Part shown: positions 30,346 through 40,350 of the stretch, one piece after another | Position numbering within the stretch: position 1 is the first letter of the stretch | How the letters are laid out: each line of letters opens with the position of its first letter | Assembly: GCA_963786935.1 (NCBI GenBank) | Contig: CAWBAN010000005.1 | Location: forward strand, 238,642-302,641 | Source: an uncultured bacterium | Lineage (GTDB): Bacteria > Krumholzibacteriota > Krumholzibacteriia > Krumholzibacteriales > Krumholzibacteriaceae | DNA length: 64,000 bases | Direction: 5' to 3' | Notes under the pieces: model-generated | The model's database searches: none | The model's input: only the letters and a program-made list of their open reading frames with translations | Told to the model about the DNA's origin: nothing | Program-made: the position numbers and the translations under genes

Positions 30346-30804
30346 ATGCGATGCCCTTCGTGCGGTCATGAGGAGGACCGGGTCGTCGACAGCCGCGCCA
30401 CGAAGGAGAACTCCGCGGTGCGCAGGCGCCGCGAGTGTCTCAAGTGCGGCGCGCGTTTCACGACGTACGAATACATCGAGCATACGCCCCTCATGGTCGT
30501 CAAGAAGGACGGCCGCCGCGAGCATTACAGCAGGGAAAAGATCATGAACGGGCTCCTGCGGGCGTGCGAGAAGCGCCCCGTGTCCCGCGAGGCGCTCGAG
30601 AAGCTCGTCGACGACATCGAGGAGTCGATCGGCCGCCGCGTGCGGGACGAGATCCCGACGAGCGAGATCGGCAACGAGATCATCAAGCGTCTCGGCGGCC
30701 TCGATCAGGTCGCCTACGTGCGCTTCGCGTCCGTCTATCGCGAGTTCAAGGACGCGGCGCAGTTCTTCGACGAGCTGCGGAGCCTGCTCGAGCGCAAGGG
30801 ATGA
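30346..30804 (+). CDS. nrdR: transcriptional repressor NrdR
   Basis: MRCP.C, RRRREC..C, ATP cone, VAYVRFASVY. Confidence 0.97.
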   Translation: MRCPSCGHEEDRVVDSRATKENSAVRRRRECLKCGARFTTYEYIEHTPLMVVKKDGRREHYSREKIMNGLLRACEKRPVSREALEKLVDDIEESIGRRVRDEIPTSEIGNEIIKRLGGLDQVAYVRFASVYREFKDAAQFFDELRSLLERKG

Positions 30805-30895
30805 ACCCTTGCGGAGGGAGCGGATGATGGTGTATCATGCCAATAATCGAACGGCATCGAGTGCGAGAGGGTTCGGTCGCAAAGGAGGTCGGTTC

Positions 30896-31759
30896 ATGGT
30901 GACTTCAGCGCGATCCGGCGCGGGATTCCTGCTCGCCGCGTGCGCGGCTCTCGTGCTCGGCGTCCTCGTCGGGTACGGTTCCGGCGCCGCGGCCCAGGAG
31001 AAAGGGCCGGTCAAGCTCGTGTTCAACCTGCCCGAGGGCACGGTGCTGCAGTATGAATCCTTCAACTCGCTCAACCAGAACTTCAGCGGCACGGACGCCA
31101 CGATGAATCAGACCTCCAAGGTCGAGATGGCGTACGGGGCTCCCCCCGACACCACGGGCGCCTCCCGGGTCGACCTCAAATACATCGAGGTGAAGTCGAG
31201 CCTCGTCATGGGGGGCAAGCTCATGGATTGGGAGCCGCCGATCAAGCTCCAGGGGGCGACGATCAAGATCTGGATCCTGCCCACCGCCAATATCGTGCGG
31301 TTCGACCCGGGGCGCGGTATCCCGGGTATGTCGAGCCCCGACGATATCCGCGAGATCATCGACGCGTGGTTCGTGAAATTCCCCGAAGGGGAGCTGACCG
31401 CCGGGCAGACGTGGACCGAGGAGGTCGTGAGGGGGAAGCGCGACGAAGGGCCCCCGGAGGCGAAGGGCCAGATAGTCTATACGCTCAAGAAGATCGAGAA
31501 GAAGGGGGATCTCGAGGTCGCCGTGATCGAGGGCAAGATGAAGCTCGATCTCAACAAGGATACCGCCGCCGGCATGCTCGTCGGCGAGGGGAAGGCGAGC
31601 CTCAAGGCGCAGGTGGCTCTCGCGGGCGGCTACATCGTCGAGCTCAAGGAAACGATCGATATCAGCGGCGAGATCGTCTCGAAGGATCCGATAACCGATA
31701 AGGTGACGAGACGCGGAACGGCGGCCACCCAGACCTACGAGCGCAAGCTGAAGCGGTAA
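30896..31759 (+). CDS. exported hypothetical protein
   Basis: RBS AGGAGG, signal peptide ending AAA-Q, host-like codon usage. Confidence 0.7.
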   Translation: MVTSARSGAGFLLAACAALVLGVLVGYGSGAAAQEKGPVKLVFNLPEGTVLQYESFNSLNQNFSGTDATMNQTSKVEMAYGAPPDTTGASRVDLKYIEVKSSLVMGGKLMDWEPPIKLQGATIKIWILPTANIVRFDPGRGIPGMSSPDDIREIIDAWFVKFPEGELTAGQTWTEEVVRGKRDEGPPEAKGQIVYTLKKIEKKGDLEVAVIEGKMKLDLNKDTAAGMLVGEGKASLKAQVALAGGYIVELKETIDISGEIVSKDPITDKVTRRGTAATQTYERKLKR

Positions 31760-31771
31760 CGCGGGACGGCC

Positions 31772-32521
31772 GTGGCGGAAGACCACAAGGAGAATCTGAA
31801 GGAGATGGGGTTCCTCGAGCACCTCGAGGAACTCCGCTCCATGCTGATCGCGGCGCTCGTCGCCTGGATCGGCGTCTCGGCCGTTCTCTGGTTCTTCTCG
31901 AAACAGATTCTCGATTTCCTCATCGATCATCTCCCCGTCAAGGATCTCTACTTCTTCGCCCCGGGCGAGGCGTTCATGGTCAGGATGAAGCTCACCTTCA
32001 TCCTCGGCGCTCTCGTCGCGTTTCCCTATATTCTCTACCGCGTGTGGCGGTTCGTCGCGCCGGCCCTCTTCAGGAACGAGCGGAGCCTCGTCGTGCCCGT
32101 CATCGCGAGCTCGATCGCGCTGTTCTATTGCGGGCTTCTCTTCGCCTACTGGGTGATGATGCCGTTCGTGCTGAAGTTCTTCGTCGAATTCGGCACGGAG
32201 CGCCTCACGCCGATGCTCTCGGTGGAGAAGTACTTCGGCTTCGTCGCGAAGCTCAGCTTCGCCTTCGGGGTCGTGTTCCAGCTCCCGCTCGTCGTCCTCC
32301 TGCTCACATCGATGGGGCTCGTCTCGACGCGGACGCTGATCCGGCAGTGGCGGTGGGCGATCCTCATCATCTTCATCGTCGCGGCCGTTTTCACCCCGCC
32401 CGACCCCATTTCGCAGATCTGCATGGCGGTGCCGCTCTGCGTGCTGTACTTCGGGAGCGTGGCGGTGTCGTTCCTCGTCGAGCGGCGCCGCAGGAAGCCC
32501 GAAGGAAATCCCGACAAATAG
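31772..32521 (+). CDS. tatC: twin-arginine translocase subunit TatC
   Basis: HLEELR, FVAPAL, FQLP, TPPD. Confidence 0.95.
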   Translation: MAEDHKENLKEMGFLEHLEELRSMLIAALVAWIGVSAVLWFFSKQILDFLIDHLPVKDLYFFAPGEAFMVRMKLTFILGALVAFPYILYRVWRFVAPALFRNERSLVVPVIASSIALFYCGLLFAYWVMMPFVLKFFVEFGTERLTPMLSVEKYFGFVAKLSFAFGVVFQLPLVVLLLTSMGLVSTRTLIRQWRWAILIIFIVAAVFTPPDPISQICMAVPLCVLYFGSVAVSFLVERRRRKPEGNPDK

Positions 32522-32530
32522 GCCGGAGGC

Positions 32531-33301
32531 TCAGTCGAATATCTTCTCGGCCTTCTGGTACGCGGCGTGGACCTTCTCCACCGCCGCCTGGATCTCCTCC
32601 TTGCTGTCCTTCTTCGCCGTCTCGGCGAATTCGCCGACGGCCGTTTCGAGCTCCTGCACGGCTTGCTGGAATTCGGCCTGCCGCCCGGCGAGGCGCTCGG
32701 GCAGCGAGGTTTCCTTGAGCGGCGCTATCTTCGCCTGCATCGCCGCCGCCGCCTCGCGGATCTTCGCCAGATCGTACGCCGGAGCGTAGTAGTGGTAGAG
32801 CTTGTACATCTCCTGATGGAACGACTCGAGCGCGGGCACGACCGGACGGACCGCGCGCACCGCCTGCTCGTACGCCGCATGGAAGGCCTCGACCTGGGCG
32901 AGCATCTCCGCCTCGTTGTTCGCGTCCGCGGCCGCGTGCAGCTTCACGAGCGTCTCTTTCAGATTGGCCTTCTTGTCGGCCCATTCCTGCTGCTTGTCGC
33001 GCAGGATGCCCGGCAGCTCGGCCGCGTCCAGATTCGCCACCAGCGTATCGGCCTTGGGGAGAAGCTCTTTGATCAGGGCGTAGTTCTTCTCCGGATAGGC
33101 GCTGTGCCAGAGCGGGTAGATGACCTCGTGCAGCGCGCTCAAGGCGGGAACCGACGCCGCGAGCTCCGCCTCGGTGATTTCCGCCGGCGCGGCGCTCTCG
33201 TCGGCCGCGGGCTGCGCCTTCTCGGCCTTCTGGCAGGCAAACAGCGCGCAGACCGCCAGCACGGTCAATCCGACCACGAGGAAACGCGTGAACTTGTTCA
33301 T
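32531..33301 (-). CDS. helical lipoprotein with internal duplication and conserved His
   Basis: Lipobox LFAC; VPAL..LH.......H occurs twice and VE..HAAY occurs twice. Confidence 0.75.
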   Translation of the reverse strand: MNKFTRFLVVGLTVLAVCALFACQKAEKAQPAADESAAPAEITEAELAASVPALSALHEVIYPLWHSAYPEKNYALIKELLPKADTLVANLDAAELPGILRDKQQEWADKKANLKETLVKLHAAADANNEAEMLAQVEAFHAAYEQAVRAVRPVVPALESFHQEMYKLYHYYAPAYDLAKIREAAAAMQAKIAPLKETSLPERLAGRQAEFQQAVQELETAVGEFAETAKKDSKEEIQAAVEKVHAAYQKAEKIFD

Positions 33302-33344
33302 GGGGGCCTCCTTTCGAACGGGGAAACCGATGCTCTTTCGTCGG

Positions 33345-33463
33345 AGTATGCACGGCGGCGGGCCGCCTGTCAATCGTCCAGGCGCGCGATCGCTCCATCA
33401 GCGGGCGGCGGGCCGCTCCCGTCCCCGCCGCGCCTTGACACCGGCCGCGCCGCGTGGTAAATT
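33345..33463. promoter_or_regulatory. divergent sigma70 promoters
   Basis: Plus strand TTGACA(33435)-17-TAAATT; minus strand TTGACA(33373)-17-CATACT. Confidence 0.65.
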
Positions 33464-33519
33464 AACGCGATTGCGGGCGTTCGTTCCGCGGGCGGGAAAC
33501 GGCGAAAAAAAGGACGGCC

Positions 33520-34524
33520 ATGAGGCAATCGGATCAGCACAAGCTCGCTCCCATACAGGATCTCGTTCGCGGCGAGCTCGAATCGCTCGAGGCGCGGCTT
33601 CAGGCGATTCTCGACTCCGACATCCCGCTCATCGAGAATATCTGCAGCTACCTGAACGACAAGCCGGGAAAGCGCATCCGCCCGACGATCCTGTTCCTCA
33701 CGGCGCGGAGCGCGGGGAGCCCCGAAGCGGACACGATCACGGCCGGGCTCGCCGTCGAGCTCGTGCACACGGCCACGCTCGTGCACGACGACATCATCGA
33801 CGACCACACGATGCGGCGCGGCAAGCCGACCGTCTACGCCCGGTGGGGCAGCGACGCGGCCACCCTCATCGGGGACTATCTCTATTCGATGGCCTTCTCG
33901 TGCCTCGCCGAATCGCGGATGTTCGACGTCATGGAAATCCTCGCCCGCGTCACCCACGAGATGAGCATGGGCGAGCTCATGCAGCTGCAGCTCAGGCGCG
34001 CGATCGATCTGAGCGAGGACCGCTACATGGAGATGATCTACAAGAAGACGGCCGCCCTCTTCTCCGCCTCGTGCGAGTGCGGGGCGATCCTCGGAGGCGA
34101 GCGGAACGGCGAGCGCGGCACGTACTCGGGCTTCGGCACGAACGTGGGGCTCGCGTTCCAGATCGTCGACGATCTCTTCGATTACGTCGGGGTGGATCGC
34201 GACCTCGGCAAGCCCACCGCATCCGATTTCTCGGACGGGCGGGTGACGCTCCCCTTCATCACGGCCTTCCGGAACGCGCCGGAGCCGGTGCGGCGGCGCG
34301 TGAGCGACCTCTTCACCGTGAGCTTCGACAAGGGAAAGCACTGGGGCGAGGTCGTCGACTTCGTCCAGAGCTACGGCGGGATCGAGTATTCGCTGCGCCA
34401 GGCGCGGCATTACGTGGAGCGGGCGAAGGGGCACCTCGACGACGTGAGCTCGTCCCCCGAACGGGACGCGCTCCTCGTCGCGGGGGATTACGTCGTGGAC
34501 CGGGTCGGCGATTTCTGCAGATGA
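33520..34524 (+). CDS. polyprenyl diphosphate synthase
   Basis: GKRIRP, HDDIID...RRG, GD, KTA, FQIVDD..D. Confidence 0.94.
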   Translation: MRQSDQHKLAPIQDLVRGELESLEARLQAILDSDIPLIENICSYLNDKPGKRIRPTILFLTARSAGSPEADTITAGLAVELVHTATLVHDDIIDDHTMRRGKPTVYARWGSDAATLIGDYLYSMAFSCLAESRMFDVMEILARVTHEMSMGELMQLQLRRAIDLSEDRYMEMIYKKTAALFSASCECGAILGGERNGERGTYSGFGTNVGLAFQIVDDLFDYVGVDRDLGKPTASDFSDGRVTLPFITAFRNAPEPVRRRVSDLFTVSFDKGKHWGEVVDFVQSYGGIEYSLRQARHYVERAKGHLDDVSSSPERDALLVAGDYVVDRVGDFCR

Positions 34525-35528
34525 GAGGGACTCCCCTGAAAGATAAAGAGGCGCTGTACTGGGAGAAGCTCGAGGGAGCGAAGGTCCGCTGCCTGCTCTG
34601 CCCGCATCGCTGCCGCATATTGGACGCGACGCCGGGGAAGTGCGGCGTGCGCTGGAACCGCGGCGGCACGCTCGTCGCGGAGTCGTACGGGCGCACCGTC
34701 ACGGCGAACCTCGATCCGATCGAGAAGAAGCCGCTCTACCATTTTCTCCCGGGGAGCGTGATCCTCTCGATCGGGCCGAACGGCTGCACCCTCACGTGCG
34801 ACAACTGCCAGAACTGGGAGATATCGCAGGAGCGAGTGCCCACGCGGTACATCGCGCCGGAGGAGCTCCCGGAGCTGGCCGCGCGCGAGGGCTCGATCGG
34901 CGTCGCGTTCACCTACACCGAGCCGCTCCTGTGGTTCGAATATCTCATGGACGCGATCCCGCTCCTGCGCGCGAAGGGCCTGAAATCGGTCCTCGTCACG
35001 AACGGGTTTCTCGAGGAGGAGCCCGCGCGGGAGATCGCGCCGCTCGTGGACGCCTTCAACGTCGATCTGAAGGGGATCCGTGACGAGTTCTACCGGGAAC
35101 ACTGCGGCGGACGCGTGGCGCCGGTGAAGCGCTTCATCGAGATCGCCGCGGCGGTCGCGCACGTCGAGGTGACGAACCTCGTGATCCCCGGGCTGAACGA
35201 CGCGCCGGAGGATCTCGAGGAGCTCGTGTCGTGGCTCGCAGGGGTGTCGGCGGACATCCCGCTCCATTTCTCGCGCTTCTTTCCGCAGTACCGGATGAGC
35301 GAGCTCCCCGCGACGCCGCGGGCCGCGCTCGAGCGGGCGTACGAAATCGGGCGAAAAAAGCTTCGCTACGTGTACGTCGGGAATATTATGATCGATGGGA
35401 CGGAGGATACGCGCTGCGCCTCCTGCGGCGCGGCCGTCGTGAAACGGGCCGGGTACCGGGCGGAGATGCTCGGAGCCGGCGGGAAATGCCCGAAATGCGG
35501 AACGCAGGTGAAGGGGGTCTGGCAGTAA
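34521..35528 (+). CDS. AmmeMemoRadiSam-system radical SAM enzyme
   Basis: C.LCPH.C, DPIEKKPLYHF.PG, CTLTCDNCQN, TYTEP, HFSRFFP, YVYVGN. Confidence 0.9.
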   Translation: MRGTPLKDKEALYWEKLEGAKVRCLLCPHRCRILDATPGKCGVRWNRGGTLVAESYGRTVTANLDPIEKKPLYHFLPGSVILSIGPNGCTLTCDNCQNWEISQERVPTRYIAPEELPELAAREGSIGVAFTYTEPLLWFEYLMDAIPLLRAKGLKSVLVTNGFLEEEPAREIAPLVDAFNVDLKGIRDEFYREHCGGRVAPVKRFIEIAAAVAHVEVTNLVIPGLNDAPEDLEELVSWLAGVSADIPLHFSRFFPQYRMSELPATPRAALERAYEIGRKKLRYVYVGNIMIDGTEDTRCASCGAAVVKRAGYRAEMLGAGGKCPKCGTQVKGVWQ

Positions 35529-35529
35529 A

Positions 35530-35886
35530 TTGACGAAGATCGCACCGAAGACGCTGGCCAAGAGAATCGTCAAGATCGCATGGAGCAAGAAGGCGGAGGA
35601 CATCGTCCTCCTCGATCTCAAGAAGCTGTCGGTCATGGCCGATTACTTTCTCGTCTGCTCGGCGGGGAGCGAGGTGCAGGCGCGGGTGATCGCCGAGGCG
35701 ATCCTCGACTCGCTCGGCGACAGCGGCATCAAGACGAGCGTCGAGGGGCTCGAGGGATCGCGGTGGATTCTCATCGACTGCTACGCCGTCGTCGTGCATA
35801 TCTTCCTCCCCGAGGCGCGGGAGTTCTACGGGCTCGAGCGCCTCTGGGGGGACGCGCCGCGCGAGGAGTTCTCCGATGACGAATAG
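35530..35886 (+). CDS. rsfS: ribosome silencing factor
   Basis: KKAEDI, DYFLVCS, WILID..VVHIF..R.FY.LE.LW. Confidence 0.95.
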   Translation: MTKIAPKTLAKRIVKIAWSKKAEDIVLLDLKKLSVMADYFLVCSAGSEVQARVIAEAILDSLGDSGIKTSVEGLEGSRWILIDCYAVVVHIFLPEAREFYGLERLWGDAPREEFSDDE

Positions 35887-37534
35887 CGCGAGCGAACGGG
35901 CGCGGGCGGCTTTGGCCGCGGCGCTCGCGGAGCTGGGCCTTTCGATCGAGCGGGAGTCGATCCAGATCGAGCGCCCCGCCGACACGGCGCACGGCGATCT
36001 CTCCTCGAACGTCGCGCTCGTCGCGGCGAAGCAGCTCAAGCGCAATCCGCGCGAGCTCGCCGCCGAGATCGCGGCGCTCGTGAAGACGGACCCCGCGTTC
36101 GTCGACCGCGTCGAGGTCGCGGGCCCCGGGTTCATCAATTTCGCGTTTTCCCACGCATACGTCACCAGTCAGGTGAAGGATATCGTCCGGCTCGGCGCGC
36201 GCTACGGAGACGGCGATCTCGGGCGCGGGCGTAAGGTGCAGGTCGAGTTCGTCTCGGCGAATCCGACGGGGCCGCTCGTGATCGTCTCGGCGCGGGCCGC
36301 GGCGACGGGAGCGGCGATCGTCAATATCATGCGCAAAGCCGGCTACGACGTCGAGGCCGAGTATTACGTGAACGACGCCGGCTCGCAGGTGGCGAAGCTC
36401 GGGCTCTCGCTCCTCACGAGGTTCCGCCAGCGTCTCGGGGAGGACGCGCCGTTCCCCGAGGAGGGATACCCCGGCGAATACCTCGTCGAGATCGCGCGCG
36501 CGATTCCCGAGGCGGACGGGCGCGCCTGGCTCGCGCTCCCCGGGGACGCCGCCGTCACCGCCTTCGGGCAGGAGGCGCTCGGGCGGATCATGGAGATGAT
36601 CCAGAGCGGCCTCGAGCGCTTCGGCGTGCGGCACGACCGGTTCTTCCGCGAATCGGAGCTCTACCGCGACGGGGAGATTCAGAAGACGCTCGGGCTCCTC
36701 GAGGAGCGGGGGGTCGTGTACGAGGAGGACGGCGCGAAGTGGTTCCGCTCGGCGGAGCTCGGGGACGAGAAGGACCGCGTGCTCGTGCGGAGCGACGGCT
36801 CGCCGACCTATTTCCTCGCGGACGCCGCGTATCACCTCAACAAGTGGAACCGCGGCTTCGTCGAGGCGATCGACCTCTGGGGCCCTGACCATCACGGACA
36901 CATCAAACGCATCCAGTCCGCCGCGCGCGTGCTCGGGGCGCCCGAGGGCTGGCCCGAGGTGCTCATCGTGCAGTGGGTGCGTCTCGTCGAGGACGGGAAG
37001 GTCGTCAGCATGTCGAAGCGCGGGGGAGAGTTCGTCACGCTCGGCGATCTCGTCGACGACGTCGGCGTTGACGCCGCGAAGTTCTTCTTCCTCATGCGCA
37101 AGACCTCGGCGCACCTCGATTTCAACCTGACGCTGGCGCGCAAGGAATCGGACGAGAATCCGGTCTACTACGTGCAGTACGCGCACGCGCGCATCTCGAG
37201 CGTCGTCGCGTACGCGCGGGAGCAGGGGGTCGATTTTCCCGAGGACACGTCGTGCGTCGAGCTCCTCACCGAGAACGAGGAAATGGAGCTCATGCGGAAG
37301 CTCGTGATATTCCCCGAGCTCATCCGGGGCGCGGCGCTCACCCGCGAGCCGCACTTCCTCACCGCGTACGCGCAGCAGCTCGCCGCGGAGTTCCACCGCT
37401 TCTACCACGTGTGCCGGATCGTCTCGAGCGACAAGCGCCTCAGCGAGGCGCGGCTGCTGCTCGCCGAGGGGACGCGGGTCGTGCTCGCCGAGTCGCTCCG
37501 CGTGCTCGGCGTATCGGCGCCCGAGAAAATGTAG
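35876..37534 (+). CDS. argS: arginine--tRNA ligase
   Basis: GPGFINF, EFVSANPTGPL, YYVND, MSKR.G, NPVYYVQYAHAR, APEKM. Confidence 0.96.
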   Translation: MTNSASERARAALAAALAELGLSIERESIQIERPADTAHGDLSSNVALVAAKQLKRNPRELAAEIAALVKTDPAFVDRVEVAGPGFINFAFSHAYVTSQVKDIVRLGARYGDGDLGRGRKVQVEFVSANPTGPLVIVSARAAATGAAIVNIMRKAGYDVEAEYYVNDAGSQVAKLGLSLLTRFRQRLGEDAPFPEEGYPGEYLVEIARAIPEADGRAWLALPGDAAVTAFGQEALGRIMEMIQSGLERFGVRHDRFFRESELYRDGEIQKTLGLLEERGVVYEEDGAKWFRSAELGDEKDRVLVRSDGSPTYFLADAAYHLNKWNRGFVEAIDLWGPDHHGHIKRIQSAARVLGAPEGWPEVLIVQWVRLVEDGKVVSMSKRGGEFVTLGDLVDDVGVDAAKFFFLMRKTSAHLDFNLTLARKESDENPVYYVQYAHARISSVVAYAREQGVDFPEDTSCVELLTENEEMELMRKLVIFPELIRGAALTREPHFLTAYAQQLAAEFHRFYHVCRIVSSDKRLSEARLLLAEGTRVVLAESLRVLGVSAPEKM

Positions 37535-37544
37535 AGGAGCACCA

Positions 37545-38456
37545 ATGAGCATCGTCGTCGTGGGAACGATCGCGTTCGACACCATCGAAACCCCGTGGGG
37601 GCGGGCCGACCGCGTCATCGGGGGATCGGGGACCTTCTTTTCGCTCTCCGCCATCCACTTCACGCCGGTGAAGCTCGTCGCGGTGGTGGGCGCCGACTTC
37701 CTCGCCGAGCACCGCATGATTCTCGAGGAGCGCGGCGTCGATCTCGAGGGGCTCGTCGTCGAGGCAGGGGGCAAGACCTTCTTCTGGCAGGCGCGCTACG
37801 GCGAGGATCCGAACGAGCGCGAGACGCTCTGCACCGAGCTCAACGTCTTCGAGCGGTTCAGGCCGCTGCTGCCGCCGTCGTACTGCTCGAGCCGGTGGCT
37901 CTTCCTCGGCAACATCGATCCCGATCTCCAGATGAACGTGCTCGACCAGATCGAGGGGCGGCCCTTCGTCGGCTGCGACACGATGAACTACTGGATCGAT
38001 CACAAGCCCGAGTCGCTCGCGCGGCTGCTCCGGCGCATCGACATTCTCTTCGTGAACGACAGCGAGGCGCGGCAGCTCTCGGGCCGGAAGAACCTCGTGG
38101 GCGCGGCGCGCGACATCCTCGCGATGGGGCCGCGCGCGATCGTCATCAAGAAGGGGGAGCACGGGGCGTTTCTCTTCACCAAGGAGTTCCGCTTCTACGC
38201 CCCCGCCTACCCGCTGAGCGAGGTGCTTGATCCCACGGGCGCCGGCGACAGCTTCGCGGGGGGCTTCATGGGATATCTTGCCGGCGTCGAGTCGCTCGAC
38301 GAACGACACCTGCGCCGCGCGATGATCCACGGCACGATCACGGCGAGCTACGCGTGCGAGTCGTTTTCCGTCGAGCGGCTGCGCGGCCTCTCCGAAGCTG
38401 ATATCGCCACGCGTTTCGGGGAGCTCGTGGATCTCGTGCGGATCGAGATCGACTGA
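37545..38456 (+). CDS. PfkB-family carbohydrate kinase
   Basis: GGSG, N..E, DPTGAGDSFAGG. Confidence 0.93.
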   Translation: MSIVVVGTIAFDTIETPWGRADRVIGGSGTFFSLSAIHFTPVKLVAVVGADFLAEHRMILEERGVDLEGLVVEAGGKTFFWQARYGEDPNERETLCTELNVFERFRPLLPPSYCSSRWLFLGNIDPDLQMNVLDQIEGRPFVGCDTMNYWIDHKPESLARLLRRIDILFVNDSEARQLSGRKNLVGAARDILAMGPRAIVIKKGEHGAFLFTKEFRFYAPAYPLSEVLDPTGAGDSFAGGFMGYLAGVESLDERHLRRAMIHGTITASYACESFSVERLRGLSEADIATRFGELVDLVRIEID

Positions 38457-38814
38457 GCGGCGCGCCTCGGGCGGCAGGCATGCGGCCCTGCTCCCGATGG
38501 ATGCGAGGCGTGTATCTACCTCTCGGAATCCATACATAACTGCTATTATTATTGAAATAGACTGCGAACGCCTGCAGGCTATCACGGAGGCGCCGCGTAA
38601 AGGGTTGAGTCAACAGATATAATCGTAGTAAGATACTCCCGAACTTCGAAGCGGCGCTTTGCATATTGCTGCGATTCTCACAGTCATATCTGAGAAACGC
38701 AGTTCCGTCTATCCTGTCTTAGGCTCGATGGATTGACCGAGCCGGGGATAAGCCGCCTCTGTGAGTTGGGGTGGTGGGAGGCCGGTTCGAACGATACCGG
38801 AAGGGGGGATCGGA

Positions 38815-39717
38815 ATGATACGGATCATGTTCGTTCTGCACGTCGTGCTGCTCTTGACGAGCGCGTGCTGCGTTCAATCGCAGGAGTCGGCGCAGACGGC
38901 AGAGCAAGAGAAGCTGGCACGTCAAATCAGCGATCTGCAAAACCAGGTTGATGCCCTGCTCAAAGAGCAGAAATTCGCCCAGGCATCGGACAAGCTCGAA
39001 AGGCTTCAAATGCTCTACATGGATGCCGGCAGATACCAGGAGGCATTGAACGCATCCTTCAAGATCGAGGAAATCTCCTCCAAGGTGTCCAACCGCCAGA
39101 CTCCCTGGAACTACGTGAGGATTGCCGAAGTCTATCTGCGCCTCGGCGATCGGGACAAGTACTTCGAATGGATGGAGAAGGCGGTTCATGAAAGGGGCTT
39201 CTATAGACTGGAATTTCTTCAAGACGGCCATCTCAGCGCCGTCGGGGACGATCCCCGATACAAGAAGCTCATAGATGCCTGCGCGAAGGAGATCGGTTTG
39301 GGGCGGAAGGCCAAGGATTTCCGGATCACGCTGCTGGACGGTTCTTCTTTCACCCTTTCGGCTCAAACGGGCAAGGTAGTATTGATCGATTTCTGGGACG
39401 TCCGCTGCCCGCCCTGCAGAAGAGAAATGCCCAACATGAAGGAGCTCTTCAAGGATTTCAGGGATAAAGGTCTGGAAATCGTCGGGATCAGCCTGGATAC
39501 GGACAGGGCGTTGCTCGATGATTACGTGAAAAAGGAAAAGATCCCCTGGAAGATCTCCTGCTCCTTGGATGGCTGGAGCGACGGCACGGCGAAGCTGTAC
39601 AAGATCAGCGCCACGCCATCGACGTGGTTGATCGACCGGCGCGGGGTCGCGCGCTACTACGCCGTAAGAGGTGAGGATCTGAGGCGAGCGGTTGAGAAGC
39701 TCATTCAAGAACAATGA
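38815..39717 (+). CDS. TlpA/redoxin-family exported protein with helical N-domain
   Basis: DFW...CPPC..E.P, ATP, hydrophobic signal region. Confidence 0.85.
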   Translation: MIRIMFVLHVVLLLTSACCVQSQESAQTAEQEKLARQISDLQNQVDALLKEQKFAQASDKLERLQMLYMDAGRYQEALNASFKIEEISSKVSNRQTPWNYVRIAEVYLRLGDRDKYFEWMEKAVHERGFYRLEFLQDGHLSAVGDDPRYKKLIDACAKEIGLGRKAKDFRITLLDGSSFTLSAQTGKVVLIDFWDVRCPPCRREMPNMKELFKDFRDKGLEIVGISLDTDRALLDDYVKKEKIPWKISCSLDGWSDGTAKLYKISATPSTWLIDRRGVARYYAVRGEDLRRAVEKLIQEQ

Positions 39718-39801
39718 ACCTCGCCCCTCGGGCGTTGGATGCGGCTGCAGCCGATGCCGGCGTTGGACGGACGGAGATCGCTGAGTGGAGGTTCGCGGAG
39801 G

Positions 39802-40326
39802 ATGCACACGGCGAGTAGCGCCGTATCGACGGATTTGGTCCGGAAGCTCGTGGATGCGTGGAACGCCCGGAATCTCGATGATTTTATCGGACTCCTGGCG
39901 CCTGACGTCGAGTGGTATGATCCTGCCATGCCGGAGCCCCCTGTTCGCGGGCGCGCAGCCGTGAGAGCTTTCGCCGAGAGCGTCCTCCGGGCATTCCCCG
40001 ACTTCACCTACGAGATCCAGCCTCCGATATGCAGCTCCCTCGACGGGACTCGATGCGCGGTTCTGTGGCGCATATCCGCGACGCACCTTCATGCGCTCCA
40101 GCCTCCCGGGTACGCTCCCACGGGCCGCCGGGCCGATATTGAAGGAGTGGATGTTCTGGATATCCGCGACGGTCAGGTCGCCCGAATTCTGACCGCCTTC
40201 GATGTGCTCTCCGCGGCGGAGCAGCTCTTGGGGATGAGGCTGCGGCCGGTGCCGGGCACGCGGAGGGGCAGGCTCGCGGTCACCGTTCAGCGCATGCTTG
40301 CGCGCGCGAGGAAGAAGAGGGCCTGA
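39802..40326 (+). CDS. SnoaL/ester cyclase (NTF2-like) protein
   Basis: AWN..., AFPD, ATH, PTGR...EGVD. Confidence 0.85.
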   Translation: MHTASSAVSTDLVRKLVDAWNARNLDDFIGLLAPDVEWYDPAMPEPPVRGRAAVRAFAESVLRAFPDFTYEIQPPICSSLDGTRCAVLWRISATHLHALQPPGYAPTGRRADIEGVDVLDIRDGQVARILTAFDVLSAAEQLLGMRLRPVPGTRRGRLAVTVQRMLARARKKRA

Positions 40327-40350
40327 ATCCAGGCCGCTCCATGGAGAGGA

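Noticed and set aside
33120..34520. 802-aa radical SAM fusion starting at 33120
   Set aside because: The N-terminal part is an Arg-rich alternate frame over the polyprenyl synthase; the real start is ATG 34521
28252..37774. Long antisense ORFs (28252-30525, 35771-37774 and similar)
   Set aside because: They are shadows of high-GC3 sense genes with clear family motifs and carry no motifs of their own
39718..39801. attC site (GTTGGAT/GTTGGAC cores, GCTGCAGCCGA)
   Set aside because: No matching RYYYAAC inverse core or full stem, and the pattern is not repeated in other intergenic regions
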